Origin: Glaucostegus cemiculus
Lineage: Eukaryota
Assembly (NCBI GenBank): GCA_976551045.1
Contig: CDPCPM010000054.1
Span: 32,178,001-32,242,000 of the forward strand
Length of the DNA: 64,000 nucleotides
Direction of reading: 5' to 3'
Shown here: piece after piece, positions 40,501 to 53,937 of the stretch
Numbering within the stretch: position 1 is the stretch's first letter
How the letters are laid out: each line of letters begins with the position of its first letter
The notes under the pieces: model-generated
Database searches by the model: none
Seen by the model: the letters and a program-made list of their open reading frames with translations, nothing else
Told to the model about the DNA's origin: nothing
Program-made: the position numbers and the translations under genes

Positions 40501-41407
40501 TAACAATGGAATTAAAAATGATTACACATGCTCTGCTATAATAGTGATCCTTCTCCAGTAACTGTGCTCTGAGCACCTTTTAGATTCTGCACAAGATGCA
40601 TGAAAGTGTTTGGACAAACCCTTACCCACCCAAGAATGATTTATGAAGCATCTGTTAATGACCAATAATATGGTAAAACTGTGCTAATTTACTGAAGTGA
40701 TTTTACTAATGAGGTCTATGTGGAAACATTCTCAGTAATTTACACTATTCATATATTCTAGTTCCATCAATTCCAGATTTTAAACAAAAAAGTAGAAATA
40801 TTGCCAATTATGGTTTATAGAAAGTGGCAGACAGGTGAATAGATCAACTACAAACTTGTTTTCATTTGGTTAGTTTGCAGATATAGACCATCTTCCATTC
40901 TAAAACTGAAATTGCAAGTAAATGGAAGTACTAGTCTAGTCTCTTTGGAGTAAATGCTACTTTTTAAAGCTCCCTCAGTGTAGGCACATTACATAGCCTA
41001 AGCAAAGTATGGTGCATTTTGAAAAATGTGTTAACCCTCTATTGAGCCAGATGTGGCAGTATTTGCTTGAAAATCAGTGCCATTTAGATGGCAACATTTA
41101 TGCACAAGCATTTCTATCTACAAGTTATTAATTGCAGAATCAACCATTTTTGACCTCGTCCTTCTCCCAGAATCAGTTTTCCTTGATCAACAAAGCACCA
41201 ACTGGTCAGAATGTTGTTACGTTATTAACAGAAGGCACTACTCATTGTCCAGAAATTTATAAAGTTATAGAAAATTCTACAATCAAGATTGTGTGCACTT
41301 CTGACTAAAAGGTGAAATACAGCAGTAACAAAGTCCAGGAACTATAGAGGAGTTATACACGAATGACCAAGAAATCTGAATGGTGGGGGACCAGCTGCAA
41401 CATTTAC

Positions 41408-41488
41408 CTGTAATTGTTGTGACAGCGTGTCCCTCTGTGCCTCCAGTTCCCTAGCTCCTTCAATATCCTTCTTTAGCCGCTCAATTTC
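41408..41488 (-). CDS. HOMER1: HOMER1 exon 8 (coiled coil), 81 nt
   Basis: ctttgtttag acceptor; EIERLKKDIEGARELEAQRDTLSQQLQ; CAG|gtaaat donor; phase 0/0. Not in the ORF track. Confidence 0.95.
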
Positions 41489-42499
41489 CTAAACAAAGAG
41501 ATGCTTGCATCAGTGATCATATTAAAAGTGGATAACCAAGTTATCATTCAGTTACATACCCCATTAATCATGTTCTGAAGATTAAATGCTCTTTGTAAAG
41601 AACTACATTTTATCTCACTTTCTGCAAGAATCAAATTTTCTAAAATTAGAATGGCAATGGAATGAATTAACTAGAAACAATATTTAATAAGCATTTAATG
41701 TGCTTGATAAATGTAAATCTTTATATTACAATTTTTGGATTACACATGGTATTTAATTCATCTTTAGTTGATAGCATTCTTGCTTCTGAATTAGAATATT
41801 GTCCATTTTAAACTGTTTTAAATTAAGCATAATCTCAACTTTGAATACTTTTCTACTGAAAGAGCGCTGCAGTATCTGGTTACCATTGCTTATAAAAAAC
41901 AGAAGCCCATGTCTTCCTGCCCCAGTGGGAGGAGGATTGTAGTTTTTCAAGAATTGGGAGAGAATTCCTCCAACATTGTGGTCAGTTTTCCTCAAAATTA
42001 TATTCACCAAGAGCTTGCAAAAAGTTTGCAAAATGACTACATAACAACAATTGTACTTAAGTAAATTAGTACACCATGCAATGCCTTAGGGCTTTTTCTG
42101 GAATGCATAAAGTATAATGTGAGCAAAATCTCTTTAATCCCACCAAACTGTAATTTTATAACTTAAACTGTTGGAACTAGTTTTAGACCTAATGAGTGGA
42201 AGTAAATGAACATAAAATTACAAAGAATCAATGTAAACAATTATGTTGCTCAAATCAGTACAGAAAGATAACCAAGTAATTAGTGCATCCCTATTGTGTT
42301 CATTAAGGTAGAATGGAAACTTTCAAATCTAAATATCCATCTGCCTTTACTTAACATAACAAAAAAGATTCTCAGAAAATAAGAGGTCATTTGATTGCAA
42401 GCCAAGAGGAAGAAACTACTTCAAAAGCATGAATACGATTAGTAACATAATCTGCAATTGTAACAAAAACAAAGTGTTGAAAGCGAGCCAGTACCCAGA

Positions 42500-43500
42500 T
42501 TAATTCAAGAATGAACAAAATAGTTTAGGTAACTAGCTGCTTTACACTAGTGCATGCTGAACAGAAAGATGCCAAGACAAAGTACATTCTGGAATGGTCA
42601 AAGAGTGAGATGAGCAATAGCTTAATAGATAAAAGGGTACTTGGATAAATCAGTAAAACTAAGGGAAAAAGTATCATAATATGTCTTGGGAGTGTGGAAA
42701 TTACAGAAATATTTTGGAGATCTAATGACTGCAGATGAGTGCTGATCAATAATCAATACAGAACCAATTGTTTTTAAATATAAAGAGTCATTACTGGTCT
42801 AGATTGTGGCAAGAAAAATATTGGGGATGAGATCATGACAAATCTAGGTAAAGGAAAAACTGTTAGAATTAGCTAGTGCTGATTTCCAAAGCAATAACTG
42901 TGTTTAGACAATTTAAATCAGAATCAGTTTTATTGTCATTACTATATACACATTCAGTATGCATAGGAGCGAAATACTGTACTCCAAGGCGCTCGTCACA
43001 TTAAAAAAAAGAAACACAGAGACACAAAGACAGAAACACTAAAAACATTAGAACCACAAAATTAAATAGCACAACTTAAATAATCTTAAAGTGAGTGTAC
43101 TGGCAGAGGACATTTAAAGTGCTGGTGCGTTTCTGTACGCCTAGCATCCTTTAGTGTTGGCGGGAGTGATGGAGGGATGAGGGATCCAACAGGTATGACA
43201 GAAAGGTAGCACATGGAACTGTGGGAAAGTTATTGAAAAAGTTGTAAGATTTTGGAAGATGAAATTAAATTTCAGAGGACTGAGGAAACAAATTAATAGG
43301 GTGAAAAGTGAGAAGTTAATAACAGTTACTGCAAAATGCTTATATTTAGATAGTGGTCTCTCCCAGTTCTGCAACTATTTGTCTACTTTAATGACCTGAA
43401 TATGACATTAACAAACTTTACATTTTACTCTGCAAAAAGATTAAAGGAAATTGTAAGTTTATATAAGATAGAAGATGGGTTTTAAAAAGTGGCAGATAGA
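42500..43500 (+). mobile_element. Degraded CR1 ORF2 relic with an inserted antisense LINE tail at about 42915-43140
   Basis: CR1-like blocks on +, interrupted by AATCAGAATCAGTTTTATTGTCATT, an antisense LINE 3' terminus like that at 19280. Confidence 0.35.
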
Positions 43501-43914
43501 ACTTATTTTAAAAATGAGATTTTTTTTTGATGGAAGTAAAGATTGAATCACAACTGACCTAGTACTGTGAAAGACCAGAGGATGTGGAAATATAGCTTCA
43601 TAAATTTAAATGTAATCCTTAACACCAGCAGAACTACTTTTGAAAGAAAGAGGCAGAATTTTCTCACAACTTTCACCAATGATGGATGTCTGTTATGGTG
43701 CAGACATGCCCAGAAATTATGGAGTGTACATTAGGCCATTGCTTATACCATGACTCTGACCATCTACTCTATCTATGCCTCAATTTTACATACTGCTATT
43801 GGATCACCCCTCAGCCTCTTACACTCCAGAAAAAAGTCATCAAGTTTGTCAAACCTCTCCATGTAGTTAATAATACAATCCAGGCAACATCCTGGTGAAC
43901 CTCTTCTGCCATGT

Positions 43915-44100
43915 ATATTTGAAATGAGCTGCCAGAGGGAGTGGTAGAGGCAGGTACAGTTACAACATTCAAAAGACATTTGAACAGGTTCATCAATAGG
44001 AAAGGTTTAGAGGGATATAGATCAAATGCAGGCAAATGGGACTAGCTCAGGAAGGCAGCTTGGTCAGGCTGAAGGGCACATTTCTGTACTGGATAACTAC
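43915..44100 (+). mobile_element. CR1 LINE 3' end
   Basis: GAGCTGCCAGAGGGAGTGGTAGAGGCAGGTACAGTTACAACATTCAAAAGACATTTG...GGTTTAGAGGGATATAG...GCAGGCAAATGGGACTAG. Confidence 0.7.
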
Positions 44101-45732
44101 AACCTGTTGCTGTCCTCAGGGAGCTAGAGACTTCAAGATCCCTCCATACATCACTATTCCCAATGATCCTGCCATTTACTCTCTACTTTCCTCTTTCATT
44201 TCACCTCCTTGTCTGGATTCAACTCCATCTGCCATTTCACCACCCAAACTTCCAACTGCTCTAACTCCAATTTTTGTGTCAGCCGGATTCGGTCCAATAA
44301 AAATATTCAATGCAATCTCATATCATAAATCCTGATTAAAAGCTACATATCTAACTTTTGTACTACATAGAGCATGTCTATATTTCATAATGAATTTCAA
44401 GTTCGATGTTGGTCAACTTTAAAGGAATCATAAAAACAAGAAACAGAGCAGCATAAAAAGATATAATCACTATGCATAGACTTTAATTCCCAAACATAAC
44501 CAGTTTCAATCTACATTGAGCAAACAAGCACAATAAATAGTAATCAATCAGGGAAACTGCCTGGATGTCAGTACAGTTACTTGCCAAACAATGTGAAAGT
44601 CAATAATTTCAACCATCTGTTCAATTTGGTATATAAAAAACACTGTATGGGCACTGGTTGGTTGCTATGCTCACAGCAGTAGAGCCTAAATCAGTTTCCC
44701 AACAAATTATGCCACAAATTCACAGATCAGGGGCACAAAGGTCTAATTTACAGTATTCACCAACAAAAATAAAATGACCATTATAACAAATTATTTATAG
44801 AATTCCAGCTTTTGAGCTGCAGCATAGAAAAGCCAAGAGATAGGCCTGTATAGGTAATTACTAACTCCTCAGAACAACAAGGAGTCAGAGTTGTACAGAG
44901 TGCAGTTATATGAGACTGGTGAGGATATACAAATACCACGACAGTTAATTCATTCAGTCCTTCACAGGAAGGCAGGTTGTGGAGCTACTTGATACAAGTT
45001 TTTAAATTATAAATGGTTTTACCATGGTACATAGCAGATACTTTATAGAAGTTGAAGAGTGAAGTATTAGGCATCGTCAGAATAAGATTAAACATGCCAA
45101 GAGATTTAGAAGAGAACGTAGGAAATGCATCAGAATTGTTGCGTTTACTTCACCAGGTCAAACTAGACAGAACAAGACTAAACAGAAAAGGAGGATGAAA
45201 GGAATTGAAAGAATATGGGAAGTTGATGGGGAAATATGATTAGAATTATTTGCTTGTGTAATGGGCAACAGCAAAAATGGTTTGGACACCTGGCCAGTTT
45301 CCACATGGTAACATCCAGGCATTTCTTTAAGTCATATACTGAATCAAAAGATAAATCAAAGGACACAAGATTGTTGTTCCAATCAAAATTTTAATACTGC
45401 AATTGCATGGGAGTGAAAGCTTAATCCAAATCTAATAGTGATTTACACCACACTTGGAAAAACTTGGAATTGCACTTCACCAAAACAGCTCCATTGCACA
45501 GCATTATGTATGCAAGGAAATGTGTACAAAATTGATTTATCTTAAGTCTTATTTTCTGGATGTCATTAAATATGCTTTTTTTTTTAAAACAATGCTCCAA
45601 GTAGTTACACACTTGTGGCCATGGCCTCATACAAGACATGGGAATACTAAATTGATCGATTGCATCAACTAGCTTTACTGTTCAGAAAGAATTCAATGAT
45701 GCAATATGTTCCCAACTATACTGTGCTCTTAC

Positions 45733-45843
45733 CTCCTCTTTGTCTTTCATTTGTGCCTCTAGTTCTTCTATTGTTCTGTTCAATTCAGTTTTGTGTGTCT
45801 TGAGTACATTTGCCTGCCCACTTAGACATTCAAGTTCAGAAAC
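45733..45843 (-). CDS. HOMER1: HOMER1 exon 7 (coiled coil), 111 nt
   Basis: aattcag acceptor; VSELECLSGQANVLKTHKTELNRTIEELEAQMKDKEE; GAG|gtaaga donor. Confidence 0.95.
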
Positions 45844-48800
45844 CTGAATTTAGAAAGAAATCAAATGAATAGACTCAGAAATACATGTATATAACCTCCG
45901 ACAGTTTGAACTGAAGGTGTAATAAATCCCTATTCAAAATCCACCCCCCCACGTCTGTTTGCATTATTAAAAAGAAAAAAATTAACATTTAGTTCTACCA
46001 TTCCTGTACAAGATCCTCACATTTGAGGCAATGGAAAAATTTGACCCTATAGACTTCTCTGCTGAGGTATTAGCATTGAGGATGAAGGGAAATAAAGTTG
46101 AAAAGATCTGCTCTCAGAAGTTTCATAAGACAAAGTAGTATTTTGCCTTTACATAAAGCACAAGCTTAAACTTTTCCTACACATGTCAAGATACAACAGG
46201 ATTTCTTCTCCCATTGGCTACTCATTATTTAATACCTCAGAACAATTGAGCACTACCCCCTCCCCTTGAATAGGGATCAACAAACTACATAAAGATTTTG
46301 AGCATGTACAATAATAATGAGCATGTCAAAGTGGATCATCAATACAAGGAAATAAAGACAGCTCAACACTCAAAACGTTACGGGCATTTAAGGCTACATG
46401 TCCAAAATGTTAAAAGTAATCTGCATTTCCTTTACAGCTGATAATATTTACAGTATATTCTCAGAACAGGTGTTATTCTTGTACTTTTGACATTAGTAGC
46501 ACAGAATTAAATGAAGATTTCTAATAAATTACTGAAAATTTAAAACATTTATATCACCCAGTGGCACAATCAGGACTAATTGCCCCACCTTAAATATTCA
46601 GCTGAAGAAAAAAACCTGCACAAACCTAACCCAGAGTACAAAAGTATAAACAACACATTATTGCTATAACTATTTGGATGTGTGTGTGTGGGAGGGGGTG
46701 GGAGGAATGACTAAATCTCAAACCTTATGCTTCAATTCTCAAAACAGTAAGGTAAACAAGTGAATAGTTACAAACTCTCCAGCTCAACTCATCATCTTTT
46801 TAATACTGCATCTTACATGTGTCAAAAACAGATTTCTAGATGGGTATTCCAACATAACCCATTAGTTACCCAGGGTGCTTTCTCATTCATTTCAGTGGAG
46901 AAGGTTTTGACACAAGGGGGCAGACTAACAAAACTGTAAAAGCAGATATTCAAAACTTCGCTTGTTCCCAAGCCACTCAAACCCACATACGAACTCTTCC
47001 TAATAACAAATGCACAACCTAATATGTTAGCCAGTCTCTAGGTCAGCTGATAACATAAACGTAGTATTGAATTTTAAATTCCTGCTCTAGAAAGCACTTA
47101 ACTGACACCTTTAGAAAAGCAGAGTAACAAGTTCAGTTATGGTGGAGCGACTTGAAGTAATCATCCCAATTTTTATTTTAAACACAAAAGGAATATGTAG
47201 TCTATTCAAACCAGGATTCTCTTTATAAAATATCAAATAGCCCCTCAGACTCTATACACAAGCATAGTAATACAAATGCATAGTTACAATAACATCCCTC
47301 ATTATGACCAGATCAGGATTAATAACTAAATAGCTTGCATTATCTTTTACATAAAATACAAATGTTTCCTGATAATCTTTAATCATAATGTCAGAAACAA
47401 ACACTTCCTTTAATCACTTAACAACCCACACCATATCTGCCTGGTTTCTACTTAATATTTTAAGCAAATCCAATAATATTCCATGGAGTGTATTAAAAGA
47501 TATGCTGTGCCAATTGATTTGGGACCAAACCATTTACTTCAAACTTTTGGTTATTAAACAATTGTTTTAAAGACTATAACTTGCATTTGAAGTACTAAAA
47601 TTACTAGCTGCAGCTTGTTCCAAATTGCAGTATGAAAGCCATGCCACAGTATTACCAACATGCAAGTGGATCAACAAACCAATTCCTGGTCCAATAGATT
47701 TTTCTTTAAAAACATTAATAGTTATTTCCTATTCTATCTTGCAAATCAAGATACGCACATTGCATAAATGTTCTGAATTCTGGCAAGGGATTAGACAGAA
47801 TTTGCACAATTGATGATCTCTCTCCCTTTCCAGTCTTATAAAAGTTCACCCAATTTACAGTTTCATACAATAGACCATTCTGTGCTTTGAGGACAAATTT
47901 GCTTTCCCAATCCAAACTGAGCTGTAAAACAAGCAGAATATTAGCAACCCAGTCTCTTGGCAGTGGATGTTAGAAACTATGCCATCTGAACCCTGAAGCT
48001 AAATTAGCTCCTTTCCTTCCTTATGGAGGCATCTGTCCTCTTCATGCCAGTACTGTGGACTGCCAACTTAGCAGCACCAGAAAAGCTAATCCAACATTTT
48101 TGTCTTGCTGAATCTCCAATAAACTGCCAACAACTTCCATATAGTTCTTGCAATATTACCAAATTAAAATAAAAATCAAGGACCCAGGCTTTGTGCCTGC
48201 AACTTTATCACTGGATCAGATCTGTGTACAATGAACATATCAGAATTCACACTGCAACATCTTAAATTTCCACTAAATGCTCTCACACACTTAACGTAAC
48301 ACGAAATTGACTAACAATCTGAAATGTATTCATCACCTAGATTTGCATTTCCATAACAAGCTTCGCCAAATATTCAGTTATTGTTTGAGATACACCAATT
48401 CTAAAGAAATTTCAATGCTCATCTATTAAAGCAGCAATGTTAATCAGTGAATAATTATTCTACAAGGGATGCCATAACATCTATTATCCAAAAAAAACTC
48501 TGGATAAGTATAAATTCTAGACATTGGAACTACAAAATACAGAATACTATTCTTCCAGGATGCAAGTTTCAGTTTTGACTATGATTCCTTACACTTGAGG
48601 ATTTGGATATTTAACCAAAACAGAGCTGAAGGAGCACTCACACATGCACATTTGCTGTTTCATCAGCCTCTGCAATCTTCACTCATTCTGCAAGCTTAGA
48701 AGTAGATCGAAAACTATTCACAAAGCCCCCTTAGACAAAATTGAACTGAAATTATTCAAATCATGCTTCTAGAATAGACTAAAACAGAATGTAAAACTGT

Positions 48801-48895
48801 TTTTGAAATAATCCAACTATAATCTGCCACAACTGCTTATGTGCAATTACTCCTTTATAGACTTCTGACCAGAACTTTAATGTATCAATACATAC

Positions 48896-49052
48896 TCTTT
48901 TGTGTAGTCGTTCTGCCTCATCCTGGTAAGCAGTGAGTTGTTGCTTCCATTGTTTAACATTGGCAGTAGATTCCAGGAGTGCTGCTGTGAGTTTAGCATT
49001 ATTGGATTTTAATGTTGCCAGTTCAGACTCCCAATGCTTTCCTATTGTAGTG
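48896..49052 (-). CDS. HOMER1: HOMER1 exon 6 (start of coiled coil), 157 nt
   Basis: tttctttttgtag acceptor, phase 2; (S)TTIGKHWESELATLKSNNAKLTAALLESTANVKQWKQQLTAYQDEAERLHKR; AGA|gtatgt donor. Confidence 0.96.
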
Positions 49053-50719
49053 CTACAAAAAGAAATTGTTACTATTAAGCAATGTGAAGAATATCAGCAG
49101 GGATTTGAAACAAAACATCTACTGACGTTGAAGACAAAGATAATAATTTGTCCTCTCTGCCTGCCTATCCACCAAAATACCCATCAATGCCTTGTCCCAC
49201 AAATTCTGTCTCCTTCCTTGTAAACTGTCCCAAAGCCAACCTCCTTTGTCATTCTAATAGCTTTGGATACACTGCTGACTGTAATGTGATGGATGCAGAT
49301 TGTCATTCTTCTCAAACTTCATTCCTCATACTCTGGCCTTTTATTTACCCTCCCCATTTGGTCCAACCTTAGCAGCAGTTTTTCCATTCAAATCACCTCA
49401 AAAGGATAAGACCCAGCATTCTGACAGAGCAAGTCTCTGAACAATTTCTTTGGCAAATCTCATTTTCTCCTTATAATGTTTGTTCACCTTTAGAGAGAAT
49501 GTATCAATGGAAATTGTTGCTGTTATTAGTACAGATCTCCTGCACTTCATTATCACTTCAGTCAAGTCCACAACACAGGCTGAAAGATTTGGCTTGTCCT
49601 TTTCAGAATCAGCAACAATTAGCTTGGAAATTTACCACGATCATGCATTAGCATTTCAAATTGGGTCGAGTCAGAAGGTCCAACTCCTGCAATCTGACCA
49701 TCTGTGAACTGAACTCAAGAGCTGTTTGAACAAAGATAGAACTAAGTGGGTCATTTACAGAAAAACCTGAACAGTTCGTGATTAATGAGTTTAGACTTTG
49801 TCACCAGACAAGAGATGTGAAAGTTAATTTTTGAATGCATACCAAGTCAGTGGGTAAAAGTATCCTCAAGATACACCAGAAGGTTCTAACCCAGAGCAAT
49901 ACAAATACAGGACTTGGAAAAATATTTAGAGGGAGGGGTGTGGGAGTAATTTGGTGGGCTCTGAGTAAAGAATATTGGGATGGTCCCAATTGGATAAGCT
50001 CAAAAGAATCATTTTAGGCACAACTGCCTGAATGCACTCCAATATCATTATGAATCCATGCATTTGCTTATTTCCTAGAAATTATATTTTCTATAATTGA
50101 CCACTTTTCACTTATAAAGGCTATATTATATTTAAGTAAGTCTACATCCTTGGTTGCACAGCTATTGGTTATTTAAACCAATCAATGTACACTTTGGTTG
50201 TTATAGATAAGGCAAGACTTGAAATGAATAAAGGAGATGTTTTAAGAGCACTTGTAAAACTATAAACAGCAGAGCTGCTTCCTGGCTGTTCTGGGTGCTT
50301 AGGCTCACCACACAAGAAATTTTACTTCAATCAACTGACATCTTTGCATTCAATTGGATCCAGCCACCTTATTATAAAAAAAAGACTAATCCTCTACCTT
50401 GTCGAGTAGGTAAGTTAATGTTAGCATCTAAACCAAATTTAAATATGGCTCTTAAACTTAGATAACTCATGCAACTTAAAACACATTCAAGTTTAGATAA
50501 ATAATAATGAATAATATTTTAAATAGGTTCCTTAGTTCAGACAAGTCCAACTGAGACTGCAAATATGGCTTAGAAAGCATTGCCTTATCCACCATAGTGC
50601 TACATGGTTCACTGTACAGTATTTACCTTAACTATACACATCTTGCAAGACAATAACAGTTTAACATAATTTAGCTCTAATAGTTTTACTGAGACAAATT
50701 TTACATGTTCTATAGATGT

Positions 50720-50900
50720 TAAAAGCAGCATACTGGAAATACTCCATAGATCAAAGATCAACTGTGAAGAGAGAAACAGAATTAATGTTTCACATCAATG
50801 ATCTTTCATCAACTTGAAACATTAACTCTCCCCTACCTGGCTTGCCAAGTATTACCAGCATTTTTGTTTGTATTTCAGATTTCTACCATTTGCAGCCCTG
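50720..50900. mobile_element. Fold-back Penelope-like terminal repeat relic in HOMER1 intron 5
   Basis: CTGGAAATACT...GAGAGAAACAGAATTAATGTTTCA versus TGAAACATTAACTCTC...AGTATTACCAGCATTTT; same organisation as 18920-19112. Confidence 0.55.
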
Positions 50901-52239
50901 TTTTTTCACCACAATTTTTGACATTTCTCTTTTGTAAGTGTATTCACTACTTCTAAATTCATGAGGACCAGCTGTTTTTGACAATAATACATGGAGATAT
51001 GCATATATTCATAGATTTCACTCCACAGAAGTTCCAGTCATCTCAATGCCATATCTGAATTAGTTATCAACTTTTCCATAACTTTTGGTAACACATTGAA
51101 TATATTTTTGATTTTAAAAGACAGGTCCCACTTGCCATTTAAGTACCAACCAAACCTTACCTCTATTGACAATGCAAAATCTTTGCTAAAATTAAATGAA
51201 AATATATTCTGTTCTTAAAGTTGTTTCCAAGTTCTGGCTCAACTAGCACTTTCCCACCCTCCAATTTTACAAGGAGTTTAAAAGCTCCTAATCCATTCAA
51301 GATTTAATATTGGTAACATTTTCAGAAATCTTCTCCTGAAGATTTCTAAAGACTTCTGAAGAGGAAAGTTAAAATCCCATCATTCAGTAAATGGATCAAT
51401 ACTATACTTCCTTCACAACATTCTAACAAGAATCACTTCATCCGACAATGTTCCTTATTTCAAACCTTGAGGTACATTATTCCACAAGAGTAGAATACAG
51501 ACCTCTATCTTACACTTCCAACTTAATTCATTCAGTACCTATTTCCTACAATCATTAGAATTTTAAAATAAAGCTCAGCAATCTGCAGATCAACTTGTAT
51601 TTTTCTAGGAAAATGAGTAAAACTTACATCCTAGTCATCCTATGAAACCAACAACTTGGGATTTCCCACAAGTATACAGCTTAACACAGAAACCCTTGCA
51701 TTATTGTCAGTGATTCAGCATTCCCACACAAAGTGTACTATTAGCAGCCTTCTCCACTGCAATTAAGGGGAATCTATTAGAGGAATTTAAGCTATTTACA
51801 AACTAGCTCTGGTACAAAATACTTAGACCTTGTGGATTTTCCAGTGAGCTTATTTTAAAATGGTGAATTAAGCCATAATTAGCAGGCTACATAGGTCTTT
51901 CACAATTAAAGTGTACTATAATTCCTTTACATGGATATTATTTTTCTTTAATGTTGATATTATTTTAGAATCACACTTGTACATTCCAATCTTAGCACTG
52001 TATGATGTTTAAAAAGTTAAATACTCTGATTTTTGCTTTCAAGTCTGCTGATTGAGAATTCTCACGTGACTGGCTGCTCAACAAGCTTGGCAATATGAGG
52101 TCTAAGTGCAAGGTAGCATTTTGAACTGGTGACCGATAGCAATAGAACTACATAAAGTCAGATGCTCACCATTGAGATCTTTAGGTTTTTGAAGGAAGAT
52201 TGCTTCTGGATTGGCAGCAAGTGTTGTTATTTACCCCAT

Positions 52240-52540
52240 TTACCATATTTTCTCCCATACAAGCCTTTTCAACCAATAAGTCTATGCCAGCTCACAGTGC
52301 AATCACATTCCCTTTCCTTATCAACTCCTCTCAGATTCTGCCACTCACTTACACACCAGAGGCAGTTTACAATAGTCAACTAACCTACCAACCTGCACAT
52401 TTTACAGAGCACAGAGGGAAACCCACGTAATCACAGGAAGAAAGTGGAAGAATCACAGATAGCACTAGAGGTCAGGATTGAATCCAGGTCACTGAAGCGG
52501 AGAAGCAGCAGCCTACTGCTTGTGGCACTGTGCTGCCCAC
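52240..52540 (-). mobile_element. V-SINE (HE1-like) copy in HOMER1 intron 5
   Basis: AGATTCTGCCACTCAC...GAGCACAGAGGGAAACCCACGTAATCACAGG...GAGGTCAGGATTGAATCCAGGTCACTG; aligns with 24665-24965 and 35015-35375. Confidence 0.65.
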
Positions 52541-52812
52541 TGGTCATTTCAATGATTGCAGGGTCTGGAGCATTTCAAAATTAATACAAGTATTTTATTA
52601 ATTTCATTGTTTGTTGATGGCCAATCTTACAAGCCCCAGCTCCTTACTTTTACTTCTTCATTTAAAACACTGCTGACAGACCAATATAAACTTAAAATGG
52701 AATAGTGTTGCTCAAAAAGCCACAACACTTAATGGTGGTTCTAACGTAAAAGCAGAGCAAAATAGTAATGCACACGGGACAAACAAAAACCTTTTACATG
52801 TCCCATGCTTAC

Positions 52813-52955
52813 CTGTGAGTGAAGGGCAGAGAACTCTGGTTTATTTCAGCCCGAGCATCAGTCTCATGTGGAGCATCCTGAATGGACCTTTCATCATCCG
52901 TCCCATTAATGCTCTCTGGTGTCAGAGGTGACTGCAAGTCACCACCAGCAGACTC
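52813..52955 (-). CDS. HOMER1: HOMER1 exon 5 (hinge with SPLTP P-motif), 143 nt
   Basis: ttctgcttcacag acceptor; ESAGGDLQSPLTPESINGTDDERSIQDAPHETDARAEINQSSLPFTH; AG|gtaagc donor, phase 2. SPLTP is characteristic of Homer1. Not in the ORF track. Confidence 0.96.
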
Positions 52956-53937
52956 CTGTGAAGCAGAAATATTCTCATGTCATTCTGTGGTTCTTTCAGA
53001 ATGATATGAATAAATAATCATTGACTGTAAAGGTTTTAAATTATTTCCATAGAATAATCGGGAGTGTATTATATTCAAGACATCTTTCCTTCACCCCAGA
53101 ACTGCATTTAAATTCACACCCACCTCTCCACCCCATTAAAATGAAGGTCAGCTTAGGTGATTGCTCTGGGTTTTTCTGATAACAGAATTTTGGACAGATA
53201 TAGGACACGTAATTTCAATCAAGTCTATTTACACATAAATGAGAAATGCAATGGAAACAGGATTCACTATCCTATATTATAGATAAATTCTGCATTACGT
53301 ACATAGAATGTAGTTTAAGTGATCCATTTTAATAGGACAAAAGAAATATTTTTATTTGGCAGAAATGATTGGTATCTTAAATGTTTTCATTATGTGTTTA
53401 GGAATTTGAGATATTCATGTTCTAGAAAATATTTTTTTTTAAATGGAGTAAAATTGTAACATTGTTTTGCATCCCTTCTATCTGTTCTATTCAGTCCCTG
53501 AAGTCAGATTTTACTTAAATTAATTGCATTAGTCTCATTACACCTTAAGATAATCAATTAGTCAATACCTAAATAACTACTGATTTGTGTACAACTGGTG
53601 TGAACTCTGCCCATGTTTAAAATGAACTGGTAGTTGAACCACTCCAACTATGCAGAAGTCCTAACTAGGGATTTTTAGTTGATGAAAAAAGAAATTCCTT
53701 ATTCTGTGGCAAAATATTCTTACTGAATATTGAGAGATTACAGTAATCTTGATGCAGCATCTGATACAAGGACTACCCTTCCCTTTTCTCTACCCCTCAA
53801 TGCCAGGAGCTGAAACTGATGTAGACTTGTGACCCCTCCTGGGCATCAATCCATCAATGATCCAAATACATGACTTTCAGCGACCAACTAGGTCACCTAC
53901 TGCAGTACAATTGTGGCAGAGAAGCCTTAGTTTTAAC

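Noticed and set aside
49053-49100. Homer1c-type 12-aa insertion through an acceptor 36 nt upstream of exon 6
   Set aside because: No AG at that position; the nearest upstream AG is 19 nt away and out of frame.
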